Source: an uncultured Haloferula sp.
Lineage (GTDB): Bacteria > Verrucomicrobiota > Verrucomicrobiia > Verrucomicrobiales > Akkermansiaceae
Length of the DNA: 64,000 bases
Reading direction: 5' to 3'
NCBI GenBank assembly: GCA_965652295.1
Contig: CBFGTS010000018.1
Span: forward strand, 1 to 64,000
How positions within the stretch are numbered: the stretch's first letter is position 1; each line of letters begins with the position of its first letter. This document shows positions 29,818-40,119 of the stretch, one piece after another. The notes beneath the pieces were generated by a model. The model ran no database searches, was not told where the DNA came from, and saw nothing but the letters and a program-made list of their open reading frames with translations. Position numbers and translations under genes: made by a program.

Positions 29818-30828
29818 ATGAACCGAGGCAATGTGGTGATTTTCGGGGCGAATGGGTTTCTCGGGCGCTACTTGGTCCGGCATTATGTGGATCAGGGCCG
29901 CGAGGTGGTGGCAGTGGCGCGGCGTGGGGACGGGATCGACCGCCGGGCCATGTGGCTGCCGTGGGATGGCCGGAATCCCGGCCCGTGGGCGCTGGCCCTG
30001 GAGGGTGCGGATCTGGTGATCAATCTCGCCGGGCGTTCGGTGAACTGCCGCTATGATGAGGAGAATCGTAGCGAGATTCTCAGCTCAAGGGTGATGTCGA
30101 CCAGGATCATCGGCGAGGCGATCGTGGCCTGCGCCGTGCCGCCGCGGGTGTGGATGAACGCCAGCACGGCGACATGGTATCGCCATGCGGAGGACCACCC
30201 ACAGGACGAGTGGCAGGGCGAATCGGGCGAGGGTTTCTCGGTGGAGGTGGCCCGTGCGTGGGAGGAGGCGTTTTTCGCCGCCAAGGTCCCGGGCGCGGTG
30301 CGCAAGGTGGCACTACGAACCGCGATGGTGCTGGCGTGGGAACCGGAGACGGTGCTGGATGTCTTGCGCAGCCTGACCCGCCGGGGGCTCGGCGGTCGGA
30401 TGGGTGGAGGTCGCCAGCGGGTTTCGTGGATCCACATGGAGGATTTCATCGGAGCGGTGGAGTTTCTTGAGGAGCGGATCCTTGCGGACGGAGTGTTCAA
30501 CCTGACCGCGCCGGATCACCCGACGAACGCGGGACTGATGGCGGCACTGCGCGACGAACTCTCGGTCCCGGTAGGCTTGCCGGCGTATCACTGGATGCTG
30601 GAAGTCGGGGCGTGGGCGATGCGAACGGAAACCGAGCTGGTGTTGAAGAGCCGCTGGGCGTATCCGACGCGTCTGGAAGAGGAGGGATACCTGTTCCGTT
30701 GGCCGCGGGTGGAGCCGGCGCTCGCGGACCTGCTGGCCCGGAAGGGGGTCGAGGGATTCTTTTCGGGTTCCAAGACCCGCAGCAAGGGTCATACGGCGTG
30801 GGTGCCGGGTCGCCGCGCGGAGGCCTGA
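29818..30828 (+). CDS. NAD-dependent epimerase-like oxidoreductase (TIGR01777/DUF1731 type)
   Basis: GANGFLG, VINLAGRSVNCRY, QRVSWIHMED, ELVLKSRW. Confidence 0.92.
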   Translation: MNRGNVVIFGANGFLGRYLVRHYVDQGREVVAVARRGDGIDRRAMWLPWDGRNPGPWALALEGADLVINLAGRSVNCRYDEENRSEILSSRVMSTRIIGEAIVACAVPPRVWMNASTATWYRHAEDHPQDEWQGESGEGFSVEVARAWEEAFFAAKVPGAVRKVALRTAMVLAWEPETVLDVLRSLTRRGLGGRMGGGRQRVSWIHMEDFIGAVEFLEERILADGVFNLTAPDHPTNAGLMAALRDELSVPVGLPAYHWMLEVGAWAMRTETELVLKSRWAYPTRLEEEGYLFRWPRVEPALADLLARKGVEGFFSGSKTRSKGHTAWVPGRRAEA

Positions 30829-30898
30829 TGAAATCTTTGCGAAGTGGAAGGATTCCTTTGTCACCCGGTCGCGGGCCGACTAGAATTCGCCGAGGAAG

Positions 30899-32197
30899 AT
30901 GACGCCCAGCAACCCTTCGACCCGCCGACCCCGCGCCGCCCAGGTGCTGGTGATGTTGGCTTCGCTGGTGTTGCTCATCGCGGGATTGAAGGCGGCGCAG
31001 GGTTTCATCGTGCCGGTGCTGCTGGCGTTTTTCATCGCGACGGTGAGTTTCCCGATCACCAACTGGCTGCGTCAACGGGGCGTGCCGCGGTCGCTGGCGG
31101 TGATGCTCACGGTGCTCGTGGATTTCGCGTTTTTGGCGGGAATTATCATTTTCGCCCTTTCGGTGGTGAGCGAATTGCAGTCCCGCTGGAATTCGTACTA
31201 TGGTCCTCTGACCATCAACAAGCTGGAGCAAGCGGTGGATTCCTTTGCCGACACGGAGGACCGGTTGCGGAACTGGTGGCAGGCGCGGCCAGCATCGACG
31301 GATGCTCCGATCCCGGTGGAGGAGGGACCCAGCGACGATGAACTTGCGTCCGCACCACGGGCGACCGTGATTGAACCGCCTGCGGGTCAGCCATTGGAGG
31401 AGGAACCACGGGTCGCCCGCACCGCCGAGCTGATGGTTGGTCAAATCAAGGACATCCAGGTTTCCCAGATCTGGAACCTCGGCACCGGCGTGTTGGGAAC
31501 GATGGTGAGCTTTCTCGGCACCACGGTGCTGGTGATCATCCTGACGGTCTTCATGCTCACCGAGGCCCGGATGTTTGGTCGTCGGATGGACGCGATCTGC
31601 GAGGCACGCGGGCCGAACATCCAGCGGATGCTCACCGCGCTGCGCGACACGCAGCGCTATCTGGGCATCAAGACGGCGATCAGCTTGGTCACCGGCCTCA
31701 TGGCGGGCACCTTGTGCTGGGCGGCGGGAATCGACTTCTGGCCGCTGTGGGGAATCCTCGCCTTCGCGCTGAACTACATCCCGGTGGTCGGCTCGGTGAT
31801 CGCTGGAGTGCCGCCGACTTTGCTGGCGCTTCTGGTTTCCGGTCCACCTCACGCTGTGGCGGTGATGGGGGGCTATCTGCTGATCAACACCTTCCTCGGT
31901 AACGTGCTGGAGCCGATGCTGATGGGCCGTCGCTTCGGTCTTTCGACGCTGGTGGTGCTGGTTTCCGTGATTTTCTGGGGCTGGCTGTGGGGTCCGATCG
32001 GGATGCTGCTGGCCGTGCCGCTCACCATGGTGGTGAAGGTGCTGTTGGATAACAGCGAAGAGTTCCGCTGGATCGCGGTGGCGATCGGCAAGGAAGGGCG
32101 CCGTCCCGCAGAAGAGACGCGCATCCTGACCGAGGGGGCGAAGGAGAAGGCGGACGAGGTGACGGTGGACACGGCGGAAGCCGCGGGCCGTTCCTGA
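30899..32197 (+). CDS. AI-2E family transporter
   Basis: Multi-TM; YLGIKTAISL, LNYIPVVGS, WGWLWGPIGMLLAVPLT. Confidence 0.92.
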   Translation: MTPSNPSTRRPRAAQVLVMLASLVLLIAGLKAAQGFIVPVLLAFFIATVSFPITNWLRQRGVPRSLAVMLTVLVDFAFLAGIIIFALSVVSELQSRWNSYYGPLTINKLEQAVDSFADTEDRLRNWWQARPASTDAPIPVEEGPSDDELASAPRATVIEPPAGQPLEEEPRVARTAELMVGQIKDIQVSQIWNLGTGVLGTMVSFLGTTVLVIILTVFMLTEARMFGRRMDAICEARGPNIQRMLTALRDTQRYLGIKTAISLVTGLMAGTLCWAAGIDFWPLWGILAFALNYIPVVGSVIAGVPPTLLALLVSGPPHAVAVMGGYLLINTFLGNVLEPMLMGRRFGLSTLVVLVSVIFWGWLWGPIGMLLAVPLTMVVKVLLDNSEEFRWIAVAIGKEGRRPAEETRILTEGAKEKADEVTVDTAEAAGRS

Positions 32198-32267
32198 ACC
32201 GCGGGGGGATTAACCCAAGAGGGGACTTGGCGGTTCCGGATTCGGCTGATAGATCGGTCGGAATCCC

Positions 32268-32552
32268 ATGACTAACGAGCGAAACCTGCCCGACGACGCG
32301 GCGAAGAAACGATACTGGAGAAAGAACCTGCAGTGGCTGGGCGGACTCCTCACGGTTTGGTTCCTGGTTTCCTACGGCTGCGGGATTCTTTTCGTCGATC
32401 AGCTCGACAAGGTCCGGATCCCGGGCACCGGCTTCAAGCTGGGCTTCTGGTTCGCGCAGCAGGGCAGCATCGTGGTCTTCGTCCTGTTGATCGCCGTGTA
32501 TGTGAAGGTGATGGACCGGCTCGACCGCGAGCTTCTCGGCGAAAACGACTGA
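32268..32552 (+). CDS. DUF4212 small subunit of a solute:sodium symporter
   Basis: YWRKNL, GFKLGFWFAQQGSI; directly upstream of the SSS gene. Confidence 0.9.
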   Translation: MTNERNLPDDAAKKRYWRKNLQWLGGLLTVWFLVSYGCGILFVDQLDKVRIPGTGFKLGFWFAQQGSIVVFVLLIAVYVKVMDRLDRELLGEND

Positions 32553-32562
32553 TCCCGGAATC

Positions 32563-34377
32563 ATGGACGTCAAACTTTGGACCTGGATCCTCGTCGGAAT
32601 CTCCTTCGCCATCTACATCGGCATCGCCATCTGGTCGCGTGCGGGTTCGACCAAGGACTTCTACGTCGCGGGTGGTGGCGTGCCGAGCATTGCCAACGGC
32701 ATGGCCACCGGTGCCGACTGGATGAGCGCGGCTTCGTTTCTCGGCATGGCCGGCCTGATTTCCTCGATGGGCCGCGACGGTTCCGTCTACCTGATGGGAT
32801 GGACCGGTGGATACGTGCTGCTGGCGCTACTGTTGGCGCCGTACTTGCGTCGGTTCGGAAAGTTCACGGTGCCGGATTTCATCGGCGACCGGTATTACTC
32901 GAACACCGCGCGGGTGGTGGCGGTGGTCTGCGCGATCTTCGTTTCCTTCACCTATGTGGCGGGACAGATGCGCGGGGTGGGGATCGTCTTTTCGCGCTTC
33001 CTCGACGTCGACATCAACACCGGCGTGGTGGCTGGCATGGCGATCGTCTTCTTCTACGCCGTTCTCGGCGGGATGAAAGGAATCACCTACACCCAGGTGG
33101 CGCAGTACTGTGTGCTGATCTTCGCCTTCATGGTCCCGGCGATTTTCATTTCCCTGATGCTCACGAATCATCCGCTGCCCCAGACCGGGCTCGGCGCGAC
33201 CACGACGGATGGCACCTACCTGCTCGACAAGCTCGATGGCTTGCAGGAGCAGCTCGGTTTCGCCGCCTACACGGAGGGCCACAAGCCGATGATCGACGTG
33301 TTCGCGATCGCGTTGACGCTGATGGTGGGGACCGCCGGACTACCGCACGTCATCGTGAGGTTCTACACCGTGAAGAAGGTCAGCGACGCGAGGAAGTCGG
33401 CTTTCTGGGCCCTGCTTTTCATTGCGATCCTCTACACCACGGCACCGGCGGTCTCGGTGTTCGCCCGGACGAACCTGTTGGAGACCATTCCGGGCAAAGC
33501 ATACGCCGGTGTGCCGTCGTGGTTCAAAAACTGGGAGGACGCAGGTTTGATCGCGTGGCTCGACAAGAACGGCGATGGGAACATCCAGTATGACGGCAGC
33601 GGCGATCCTTTCGCGAAGGCAGAAGGTGCTCCGAAGCTCACCCCGGAGTTCGCTGAGGGGCAGACCGGGCCGTCCGGTGAACGCTTGGTGACGAACGCCC
33701 CCACGCCCTCGACGAACGAGCTCTACATCGATGCCGACATCATTGTGCTGGCCAATCCCGAGATCGCGCGGCTCCCGAATTGGGTGATCGGTCTGGTGGC
33801 GGCGGGCGGCCTGGCGGCGGCGCTTTCGACGGCGGCCGGTCTGCTGTTGGTGATCTCGACTTCGGTCGCGCACGATCTGGTGAAGCGGACGCTCAATCCG
33901 TCCATTTCCGAGAAACAGGAGTTGATGGTTGCTCGTGCCGCTGCTGGCGTGGCGGTCTGCGTGGCCGGTTACTTCGGGATCAAGCCACCCGGCTTCGTCG
34001 CGCAAGTCGTGGCTTTCGCCTTCGGTCTCGCGGCTTCATCCTTCTTCCCCGCGATCATCCTCGGGATTTTCTGGAAACGTGCCACGCGTGAGGGCGCGGT
34101 GGCGGGCATGGTCATCGGGCTGCTCTTCACGGCGCTCTACATCAGCTACTTCAAATTCGGCCTCCCGGGCATCGGGCAGGGCACGCCGGACGAATTCTGG
34201 TTCGGCATTTCACCGGAAGGCATCGGCATGCTGGGCATGGTGCTGAATTTCGTCATCACGATCGGCGTTTCTTTGGCCACTCGCGTGCCACCGGAGGAGG
34301 TCCGCGATCTCGTCGAGCGGGTGCGGTTGCCCCGCGCCGCCTTCGGCGAAGAAGACAGCGGGCCGGTGGAGCACTGA
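32563..34377 (+). CDS. Sodium:solute symporter, ActP-like (acetate/monocarboxylate)
   Basis: NGMATGADWMSAASF, GWTGGY, GTAGLPHVIVRFYTV, AAALSTAAGLLL. Confidence 0.93.
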   Translation: MDVKLWTWILVGISFAIYIGIAIWSRAGSTKDFYVAGGGVPSIANGMATGADWMSAASFLGMAGLISSMGRDGSVYLMGWTGGYVLLALLLAPYLRRFGKFTVPDFIGDRYYSNTARVVAVVCAIFVSFTYVAGQMRGVGIVFSRFLDVDINTGVVAGMAIVFFYAVLGGMKGITYTQVAQYCVLIFAFMVPAIFISLMLTNHPLPQTGLGATTTDGTYLLDKLDGLQEQLGFAAYTEGHKPMIDVFAIALTLMVGTAGLPHVIVRFYTVKKVSDARKSAFWALLFIAILYTTAPAVSVFARTNLLETIPGKAYAGVPSWFKNWEDAGLIAWLDKNGDGNIQYDGSGDPFAKAEGAPKLTPEFAEGQTGPSGERLVTNAPTPSTNELYIDADIIVLANPEIARLPNWVIGLVAAGGLAAALSTAAGLLLVISTSVAHDLVKRTLNPSISEKQELMVARAAAGVAVCVAGYFGIKPPGFVAQVVAFAFGLAASSFFPAIILGIFWKRATREGAVAGMVIGLLFTALYISYFKFGLPGIGQGTPDEFWFGISPEGIGMLGMVLNFVITIGVSLATRVPPEEVRDLVERVRLPRAAFGEEDSGPVEH

Positions 34378-34422
34378 TCTTGCAGGGCCACGGAACGGGG
34401 AGCCGGCGCTCCGGCACGGGCG

Positions 34423-34875
34423 TCACTCCCGGCTCTTCGAGTCGATGACGATCGTCACCGGTCCGTCGTTGACGAGGGCGACCTTCATGTCGCCGCCGAA
34501 GACGCCGCGGCCAATGGGGTGGCCGAGTTCCGACTCCAGCACCTCGCAGAACCTCTCGTAGAGCGGCTCGGCGAGGTCGGGCGCGGCCGCCCGGATGAAG
34601 GATGGCCTGTTTCCCTTGCGGGTGGAAGCGTGGAGGGTGAACTGACTGACGGCGATCACCCCGCCACCCGTGTCCGCGACGGAGCGGTTCATGAGCCCGG
34701 CTTCATCGGGAAAAATCCGCATGCGGGCGACCTTGCCGACGAGCCATTGGAGGTCTTCTTCGGTGTCGGAGGGCTCGATCCCCACGAGAATCATCAGTCC
34801 GGCGGCGATCTCCGAGACCCGGACACCGTCCACCGTGACGCTGGCTTCGGCCACCCGTTGCAGGACGAGACGCAT
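34423..34875 (-). CDS. dtd: D-aminoacyl-tRNA deacylase
   Basis: [29 protein letters not shown]. Confidence 0.97.
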   Translation of the reverse strand: MRLVLQRVAEASVTVDGVRVSEIAAGLMILVGIEPSDTEEDLQWLVGKVARMRIFPDEAGLMNRSVADTGGGVIAVSQFTLHASTRKGNRPSFIRAAAPDLAEPLYERFCEVLESELGHPIGRGVFGGDMKVALVNDGPVTIVIDSKSRE

Positions 34876-35229
34876 CTAATAACGGGGAACCGAGGGGTCG
34901 ATTTCCACCGACCATCGATCAATGCCGCCGGTCATGGAAAAGCTTCGGGTCACCCCTCGCGAACGGAGGAAGCCGGTGGCTCGCAGCGAGCGCATGCCGT
35001 GGTGGCAGTAGACGAGGCAGGGAAGCCCGGAGGCGATCGCGTCGGACGCGGCCTCCGCGAAGTCTGAAAGCGGCACCAGGCGGGCTCCGGGAAGGTGGGC
35101 GATGGCCCACTCGTCCGGCTCCCGGCAATCGATCAGCAGGACCTGACCGGCTCCGATCTCGGCCGCCAGTGAGGCCACCGCGGAGGGCTCGATCTCCAGC
35201 GTGGCGGTGGGTTCCGGGAGCGTCATCAT
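34876..35229 (-). CDS. Rhodanese-like domain protein
   Basis: LIDCREPDEW, VYCHHGMRS, GGIDRWSVEIDPSVPRY. Confidence 0.92.
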   Translation of the reverse strand: MMTLPEPTATLEIEPSAVASLAAEIGAGQVLLIDCREPDEWAIAHLPGARLVPLSDFAEAASDAIASGLPCLVYCHHGMRSLRATGFLRSRGVTRSFSMTGGIDRWSVEIDPSVPRY

Positions 35230-35846
35230 TCGACGATGACGGGGGTTCCCACCTCGACGTTGTCGAAATAAATGCGGGCCATCTTGTCGGGCATGCGGAC
35301 GCAGCCGTGGGAGGCATTGTAGCCGGGGAGGTAGCCGGTGTGCATGCCGATGCCGCCGTTGAAGCGCATGAAGTTCCACATCGGCGCACCGACGAACTTG
35401 CAGCCCGGCGGGACCTTGTCCTTCGACATGTCGGCATCGTCGTTGACGACCCGGGCGGTTCCGATTTCCTCGAAAATCCCGTAGAGGTTCGAGCGGTGCC
35501 AGCGGTCCTTCTCGGTGATCTTGTAGATTCCCGGAGGGGTGTCGTGGCCTTCCTTGCCGGTGGAAATCCGCGAAACCCCAACGAGTTCGTTGCCCTTATA
35601 GAAGGAGGCCTTCTGCTGGCGGAGGTTGATGCGGATCGAGGGCGAGCCGACTTTTCCCTCGCCGGCCCAGTAGGAAGTGTCGTCCGGCATGGCGGCGCCG
35701 GGATCCGTCTTGGCGCGTTGTTCCTGCTTCGGCCCGTAGGCGGCGAGGTAGCGGCTTTGAGGGGTGCTGGCTCCGCCCATATGGCAAGAAGCCAGGAGGA
35801 AACCGGCCAGCGGAATGAGGAACAGAGTGAGCTTGACCATGGGCAT
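35226..35846 (-). CDS. L,D-transpeptidase (YkuD family) lipoprotein
   Basis: Lipobox LLASC; ISTGK, GIGMHTG, SHGCVRM. Confidence 0.92.
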   Translation of the reverse strand: MPMVKLTLFLIPLAGFLLASCHMGGASTPQSRYLAAYGPKQEQRAKTDPGAAMPDDTSYWAGEGKVGSPSIRINLRQQKASFYKGNELVGVSRISTGKEGHDTPPGIYKITEKDRWHRSNLYGIFEEIGTARVVNDDADMSKDKVPPGCKFVGAPMWNFMRFNGGIGMHTGYLPGYNASHGCVRMPDKMARIYFDNVEVGTPVIVE

Positions 35847-35967
35847 CGGGGATACGAGGCGGCATCGATACGTTTTCTTCCCGCGGGGTCAAGAGCGCGG
35901 ATACGGCGCGAGTCGGGAGTTGATGCGCGTAAATCGTGTGCTATGGACTTCGCCGTTCCATCACACC

Positions 35968-36282
35968 ATGCCCAACTACGACTACCGTTGCGAATCGTGC
36001 GGCCACCAGTTCGAGGTGTTCCAGAGTATGAATGACGCCAAACTCGAGGACTGTCCCATCGACGCTTGCGGCGGACGTGTCAAACGTCTGCTCGGCACCG
36101 GCGCGGGCCTGATCTTCAAGGGCAGCGGCTTTTACCAGACGGACTACCGCTCCGACTCCTACAAGGCGGGCGCGAAGTCCGATGGTACGAGCGACTCGAA
36201 ACCTGCGTCCGGTGGCGATTCGAAGCCTCCGGCTCCGTCCGGCGGCCATTCCTGTGGCGGCGGCTGTGGCTGCGCGGCCTGA
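35968..36282 (+). CDS. FmdB-family zinc-ribbon protein
   Basis: MPNYDYRCESCGH...CP, FKGSGFYQTDY, C-terminal CGGGCGC. Confidence 0.92.
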   Translation: MPNYDYRCESCGHQFEVFQSMNDAKLEDCPIDACGGRVKRLLGTGAGLIFKGSGFYQTDYRSDSYKAGAKSDGTSDSKPASGGDSKPPAPSGGHSCGGGCGCAA

Positions 36283-36289
36283 ACTTCCC

Positions 36290-36324
36290 GCGCCCGTGTC
36301 CCTCTGCCGGATGCGGGCGCTTTT
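36290..36324 (+). terminator. Rho-independent terminator
   Basis: GCGCCCGTGTCC-loop-GGATGCGGGCGC followed by TTTT, right after the fmdB-like stop. Confidence 0.6.
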
Positions 36325-36356
36325 CATTCCTGGCAGCGTTTGCTAGCGCTTCGCAC

Positions 36357-37094
36357 ATGGGTAAGGACGAACCGACGCAAAAGGTGAGGAAGAAGGGCGG
36401 GTGTCTCGGTCGTCTGGTGGCGCTTTTCACCCTGGCGGCTCTCGCCGGGCTGGGCGTGGGCGTGTTTTTCGTCCTGCAACCTCAGGACACTTCCGATATC
36501 GCCGGCACGGGGTCCGCAGCGGTCACCCAGAAGGCGCGCGACCTGCGGGTAGTGCTGCGAAATGCCTCGGAGAAAGGCTACGAGCTGAGCCTGACCGAGG
36601 ATGAAATCAACCGCTACCTGGCGCAGACGCTCAAGGCGAGCCAGACCGGGCCGCTGGCTGAGCTGGCGTCGATCCGGCAAGTGGCGGTGAGGCTGGAGGA
36701 TGGACGGGCGGAGGTCGTGATCACGCGTGAGGTGGCCGGCCGGCCGCTGACGGTTTCGATGTATTTCCGCGTCGAACAGCTCGAATCTCCAGACGGCAGC
36801 GTGAGCACGCAGATCCACCTCGACGGCGGGGGGTATCACGAGGAGCTGCCACGCCCGCTGGTCGGCGGTCGCTTCGGCCGGGTGCCGGTGCCGCAGGGGT
36901 TCCTGGTCCTGGTGCTGCCCGCCTTCCAGCAGCTTGCGGAGGTCTATCGATCGCCGCCGGATGAGAGCGGCCGATTGATTCCGGAGAAGGAAATCGATTT
37001 CATTGAGGACATGGCGAGAATCCGCATTGAGAAAGGAAAGTTGGTGCTGGATCCGGTGGGAGCCAGAGCCATGGTGCCGCCTGCCGCACGATGA
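36357..37094 (+). CDS. Hypothetical membrane-anchored protein
   Basis: KKGGCLG plus TM at the N-terminus; ATGA overlap with the next gene. Confidence 0.75.
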   Translation: MGKDEPTQKVRKKGGCLGRLVALFTLAALAGLGVGVFFVLQPQDTSDIAGTGSAAVTQKARDLRVVLRNASEKGYELSLTEDEINRYLAQTLKASQTGPLAELASIRQVAVRLEDGRAEVVITREVAGRPLTVSMYFRVEQLESPDGSVSTQIHLDGGGYHEELPRPLVGGRFGRVPVPQGFLVLVLPAFQQLAEVYRSPPDESGRLIPEKEIDFIEDMARIRIEKGKLVLDPVGARAMVPPAAR

Positions 37095-38512
37095 AGATTC
37101 GAGTTTCCGGCCTCCTGTGTTTCGTCTTCCTGGCTTGCGTTTCGGCTGAGGAGGAGGGGGAGGCGCTGCTGCAGGAGGACAAGGTGGTACCGGCCGCCGA
37201 GCGGATCGAGCCGTTGGAGGTGAGCCCTCTGGCAGCGGAGTTGGCTTCGCGGGTGATTTCGGAGAGCGGCCAATTCCGGGTGGCGGGAGGGGAGCGGGCG
37301 CTGCGCGGCTCGGTGGCATTGCAAGCAGACTCGGTGCGGATGTGGTTCCACCGGCTGATCGAGACCGAGCCTCTCAGTAAGCCGATGCCGGTGGAGATCA
37401 TCCTCCACGGTCAGGCCGGCGATCCGCCGAAGGCGCGGCCTCTCGCCTACGAACTGCGCTTCACCCCGGACACGTTCATGTTGCGGATTCACGTGGATCT
37501 CGCCCAAGGCATGGATCACGACCGCCTGGAGTCGGCGATCCTCTCGGGCCTGCTTTTTGACCGGGCTTTGGCGGACACGAAGCCCGGGCCGCTGGATGGG
37601 CCTCTGCGTGCACCGGCGTGGATGGTGATCGGTCTCAAGGAAGCCCGCGAGTGGGCGGAGGGCCGGGGCGACCGGAGGTTGTACGAGGGCGTGTTCCAGC
37701 AGAGCGTGCGGTTCGCGATCGACGAGCTGCTGGCGATGGAGAACGACCGCCATGAGCGACTGGATGGGCTTTCGAAGTCGATCTTCCGCGTGCAATCGGG
37801 CGCGATGGTCATGGCGCTGCTCAGTCAGCCGGATGGCAAAGCGGCCTTCGCGCGGTTCTGCGATGACGCCGCGGCCTATGAGGGCGAGTTTCCCATTCTG
37901 CTGCGGCAGCATTTTCCGGACCTCAATCTGTCCGAGAAGAGCCTCGTGAAATGGTGGTCGCTGACCCTCGCCAAGCTCTCTGAAGCACCGTTAACGGAGG
38001 CGATGGGGATCGAGGAAACCGAGAAACGTCTGGAGGAGGAACTCGTGCTCCAGTTCACCGATGGCGAAGGGCTGCGGCGGCGGATTCCGATCGCGCAGTG
38101 GAAGGAGCTACCCGAGATGGGCGAAGCGGCGCGGCTCGAAGTGGTCCGGCCGTTGCAGGACGCGCTCGGGCACCTCAGCTATCGCTGCTTTCCCTCTTAT
38201 CGACCGCTCCTGATGGACTACCAGAAATGGCTGGTCTCGTGGGCGTCGGGTGAGGAAGAGCCGGAACCAGCGCTTTTTGAAATGGAGGAGGCGCGCGAGA
38301 TCATGGCCCAGCGGGCGTTGCGGGCGCGCGACTACCTCGACTTCGTGGAAATCGATCAAGCCCGCGAATTGAGCGGAAACTTCGAGGATTTCATGAAGCT
38401 CAAGCAGGAACTCGCCGAGCGCGTGAGGCCGCCGCGAGGAGACCGGGTCTCGAAGTACCTGGACACGATCCAGGCCGTTTACGGCACCGGCACGGTTGCG
38501 CCGGCACCCTGA
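37091..38512 (+). CDS. Hypothetical secreted protein
   Basis: Signal-peptide-like N-terminus, 473-aa ORF, PAWMVIGL motif. Confidence 0.78.
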   Translation: MKIRVSGLLCFVFLACVSAEEEGEALLQEDKVVPAAERIEPLEVSPLAAELASRVISESGQFRVAGGERALRGSVALQADSVRMWFHRLIETEPLSKPMPVEIILHGQAGDPPKARPLAYELRFTPDTFMLRIHVDLAQGMDHDRLESAILSGLLFDRALADTKPGPLDGPLRAPAWMVIGLKEAREWAEGRGDRRLYEGVFQQSVRFAIDELLAMENDRHERLDGLSKSIFRVQSGAMVMALLSQPDGKAAFARFCDDAAAYEGEFPILLRQHFPDLNLSEKSLVKWWSLTLAKLSEAPLTEAMGIEETEKRLEEELVLQFTDGEGLRRRIPIAQWKELPEMGEAARLEVVRPLQDALGHLSYRCFPSYRPLLMDYQKWLVSWASGEEEPEPALFEMEEAREIMAQRALRARDYLDFVEIDQARELSGNFEDFMKLKQELAERVRPPRGDRVSKYLDTIQAVYGTGTVAPAP

Positions 38513-39345
38513 GCCCGGTCAAGGGCCGCACGGGCACCCGCGGCCTCGTGCAGCGTGTGGGCATCCAATGGCACGAACTGGATGGCTTGCTTTGGGTCCG
38601 TCATTTTCACGGCCTGCTGAAGAGCCTGCTGGATTTCGGGAGCGCCATAAAACGGCCCGCCGCCGGGTCCTCCGGTGGTGTGGGTCTCGATCAAGATGAG
38701 TTCGCCATGACTCAGCAGGAACGACGGGTTTCCTGAGTCGCCGGTAATCAGGGCGTGATCACGATTCCGCGCCTGGTGGTCGAGGTAGCGGAAGTGCATT
38801 CCACTTCCATGAAACCCGCCGATCTCCCGGAAATCGATGGCCCGGCGCGCCCCGGTAACCACGGCGGTGGCGCCGGTCAGGACGTTCGGATCACCCTGTA
38901 GGCGGGGCAGAGGATAGCTGCGGATCGAGGCCGGCAATGGCAGATCCAGCAGACCCACCGCGACATCACCTGCGGCGCCGAGGTCGCGTAGCCGGATGAC
39001 ATTGATGACCTTGCGGGAGTGCGCATGGCCGTCGCGGTCGTGAAACACGGTCGTCTCGCCCGGTTTCAGTCGGTAGTGGTCGGCCATCACCACGTGGCGG
39101 GGAGTGATGGCCGTGGTGGTTTTCGGCTGGCTCCAGGCGATCCCGGTGAGATCGAGCTGCCACGGCCAGGCTTGGTTCCAGCGCGCGCCATGGCCTCGAT
39201 GATAATCGGCAAAAACCGGGGTGCGCTGGGTGTGCTCCGCGGCTAGGCCCATCAGCGTCAGGTCCGGACGGTGGGCGAGCCGTTGGGGCGCGCAGGTGGC
39301 CAACAAGAGGGTCAACAGAAGAGAGGGAGCGGCGATCCGTTTCAT
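38479..39345 (-). CDS. Trypsin-like serine protease domain protein, probably exported
   Basis: AITPRHVVMADHY (His), GDVAVG (Asp), GDSGNP (Ser); signal-like N-terminus. Confidence 0.75.
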   Translation of the reverse strand: MKRIAAPSLLLTLLLATCAPQRLAHRPDLTLMGLAAEHTQRTPVFADYHRGHGARWNQAWPWQLDLTGIAWSQPKTTTAITPRHVVMADHYRLKPGETTVFHDRDGHAHSRKVINVIRLRDLGAAGDVAVGLLDLPLPASIRSYPLPRLQGDPNVLTGATAVVTGARRAIDFREIGGFHGSGMHFRYLDHQARNRDHALITGDSGNPSFLLSHGELILIETHTTGGPGGGPFYGAPEIQQALQQAVKMTDPKQAIQFVPLDAHTLHEAAGARAALDRAQGAGATVPVP

Positions 39346-39431
39346 GCGACCACCCTCAGCCCGAGCAAGGGGCCTCCGCAAGACAAGGAATCCCGCTCGA
39401 CGCCACGCGGAATTTGGCTATCCGTTTTCCT

Positions 39432-40103
39432 ATGACCGAAGACGAAAAGACGCCTGAGTCCGCACCACCCGGCAGCCTTCCGCCGCCCTCGAAGCTGCCT
39501 CCGCCCTCGGGCCTTCCGTCGCCCAGTCTCACGCCTCCGCCGCAACCGCCTCCCATGGACCCGGTGCCGAAGGCCGCGCCGACTCCGGACACGCCGCCGC
39601 CGATGAATCCCGCGCCCTCGCAAAGCACTGCGCCCCCGGTCATTCAGGAAGCCGCGGATGAGGACGAAACCGTGTTGGAAGACGGTGCGATTCCGCCGAT
39701 CAATACGCGGCTCATCGCGGCGGTGATCGACCTTCTGGTGATGATCGGTCTGCAATTCGCGGCCTCGATCCTTCTGCCTGATGCCATCGATTCGATCTCG
39801 TGGCTGGTCGGTGCCGCCTATCTTGTCACCCGCGATTCCCTGCCGTTCCTGAAACAGGGAAGCATCGGAAAAATGGCGATGAAGCTGCGGGTCGAAAAGG
39901 TCTCGGGAGGATCGATGGAAAGCGATTGGACCACCGCCGCCATCCGTAACGCACCGCTCCTCATCCCACTCTTCGGGCTCGTCGAGGCCATCGTCCTCTT
40001 CAACCGCGAAAACGATGCGCGCCAGAAGGGGCTGCGGCTTGGCGACGAATGGGCGAAGACCCGCGTGGTGGTCTCCGCTCCGCCGGCTACTCCCGAGGTC
40101 TGA
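39432..40103 (+). CDS. RDD family protein with Pro-rich N-terminus
   Basis: RLIAAVID, SIGKMAMKLRV, RLGDEWAKTRVV. Confidence 0.88.
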   Translation: MTEDEKTPESAPPGSLPPPSKLPPPSGLPSPSLTPPPQPPPMDPVPKAAPTPDTPPPMNPAPSQSTAPPVIQEAADEDETVLEDGAIPPINTRLIAAVIDLLVMIGLQFAASILLPDAIDSISWLVGAAYLVTRDSLPFLKQGSIGKMAMKLRVEKVSGGSMESDWTTAAIRNAPLLIPLFGLVEAIVLFNRENDARQKGLRLGDEWAKTRVVVSAPPATPEV

Positions 40104-40119
40104 CGCCCGGAAGAGCTTC

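Noticed and set aside
34391..34421. GCCGGCGCTCCGGC hairpin as another REP copy
   Set aside because: Only ~10 nt shared with the 3029-3053 palindrome; it fits equally as a terminator between convergent genes.
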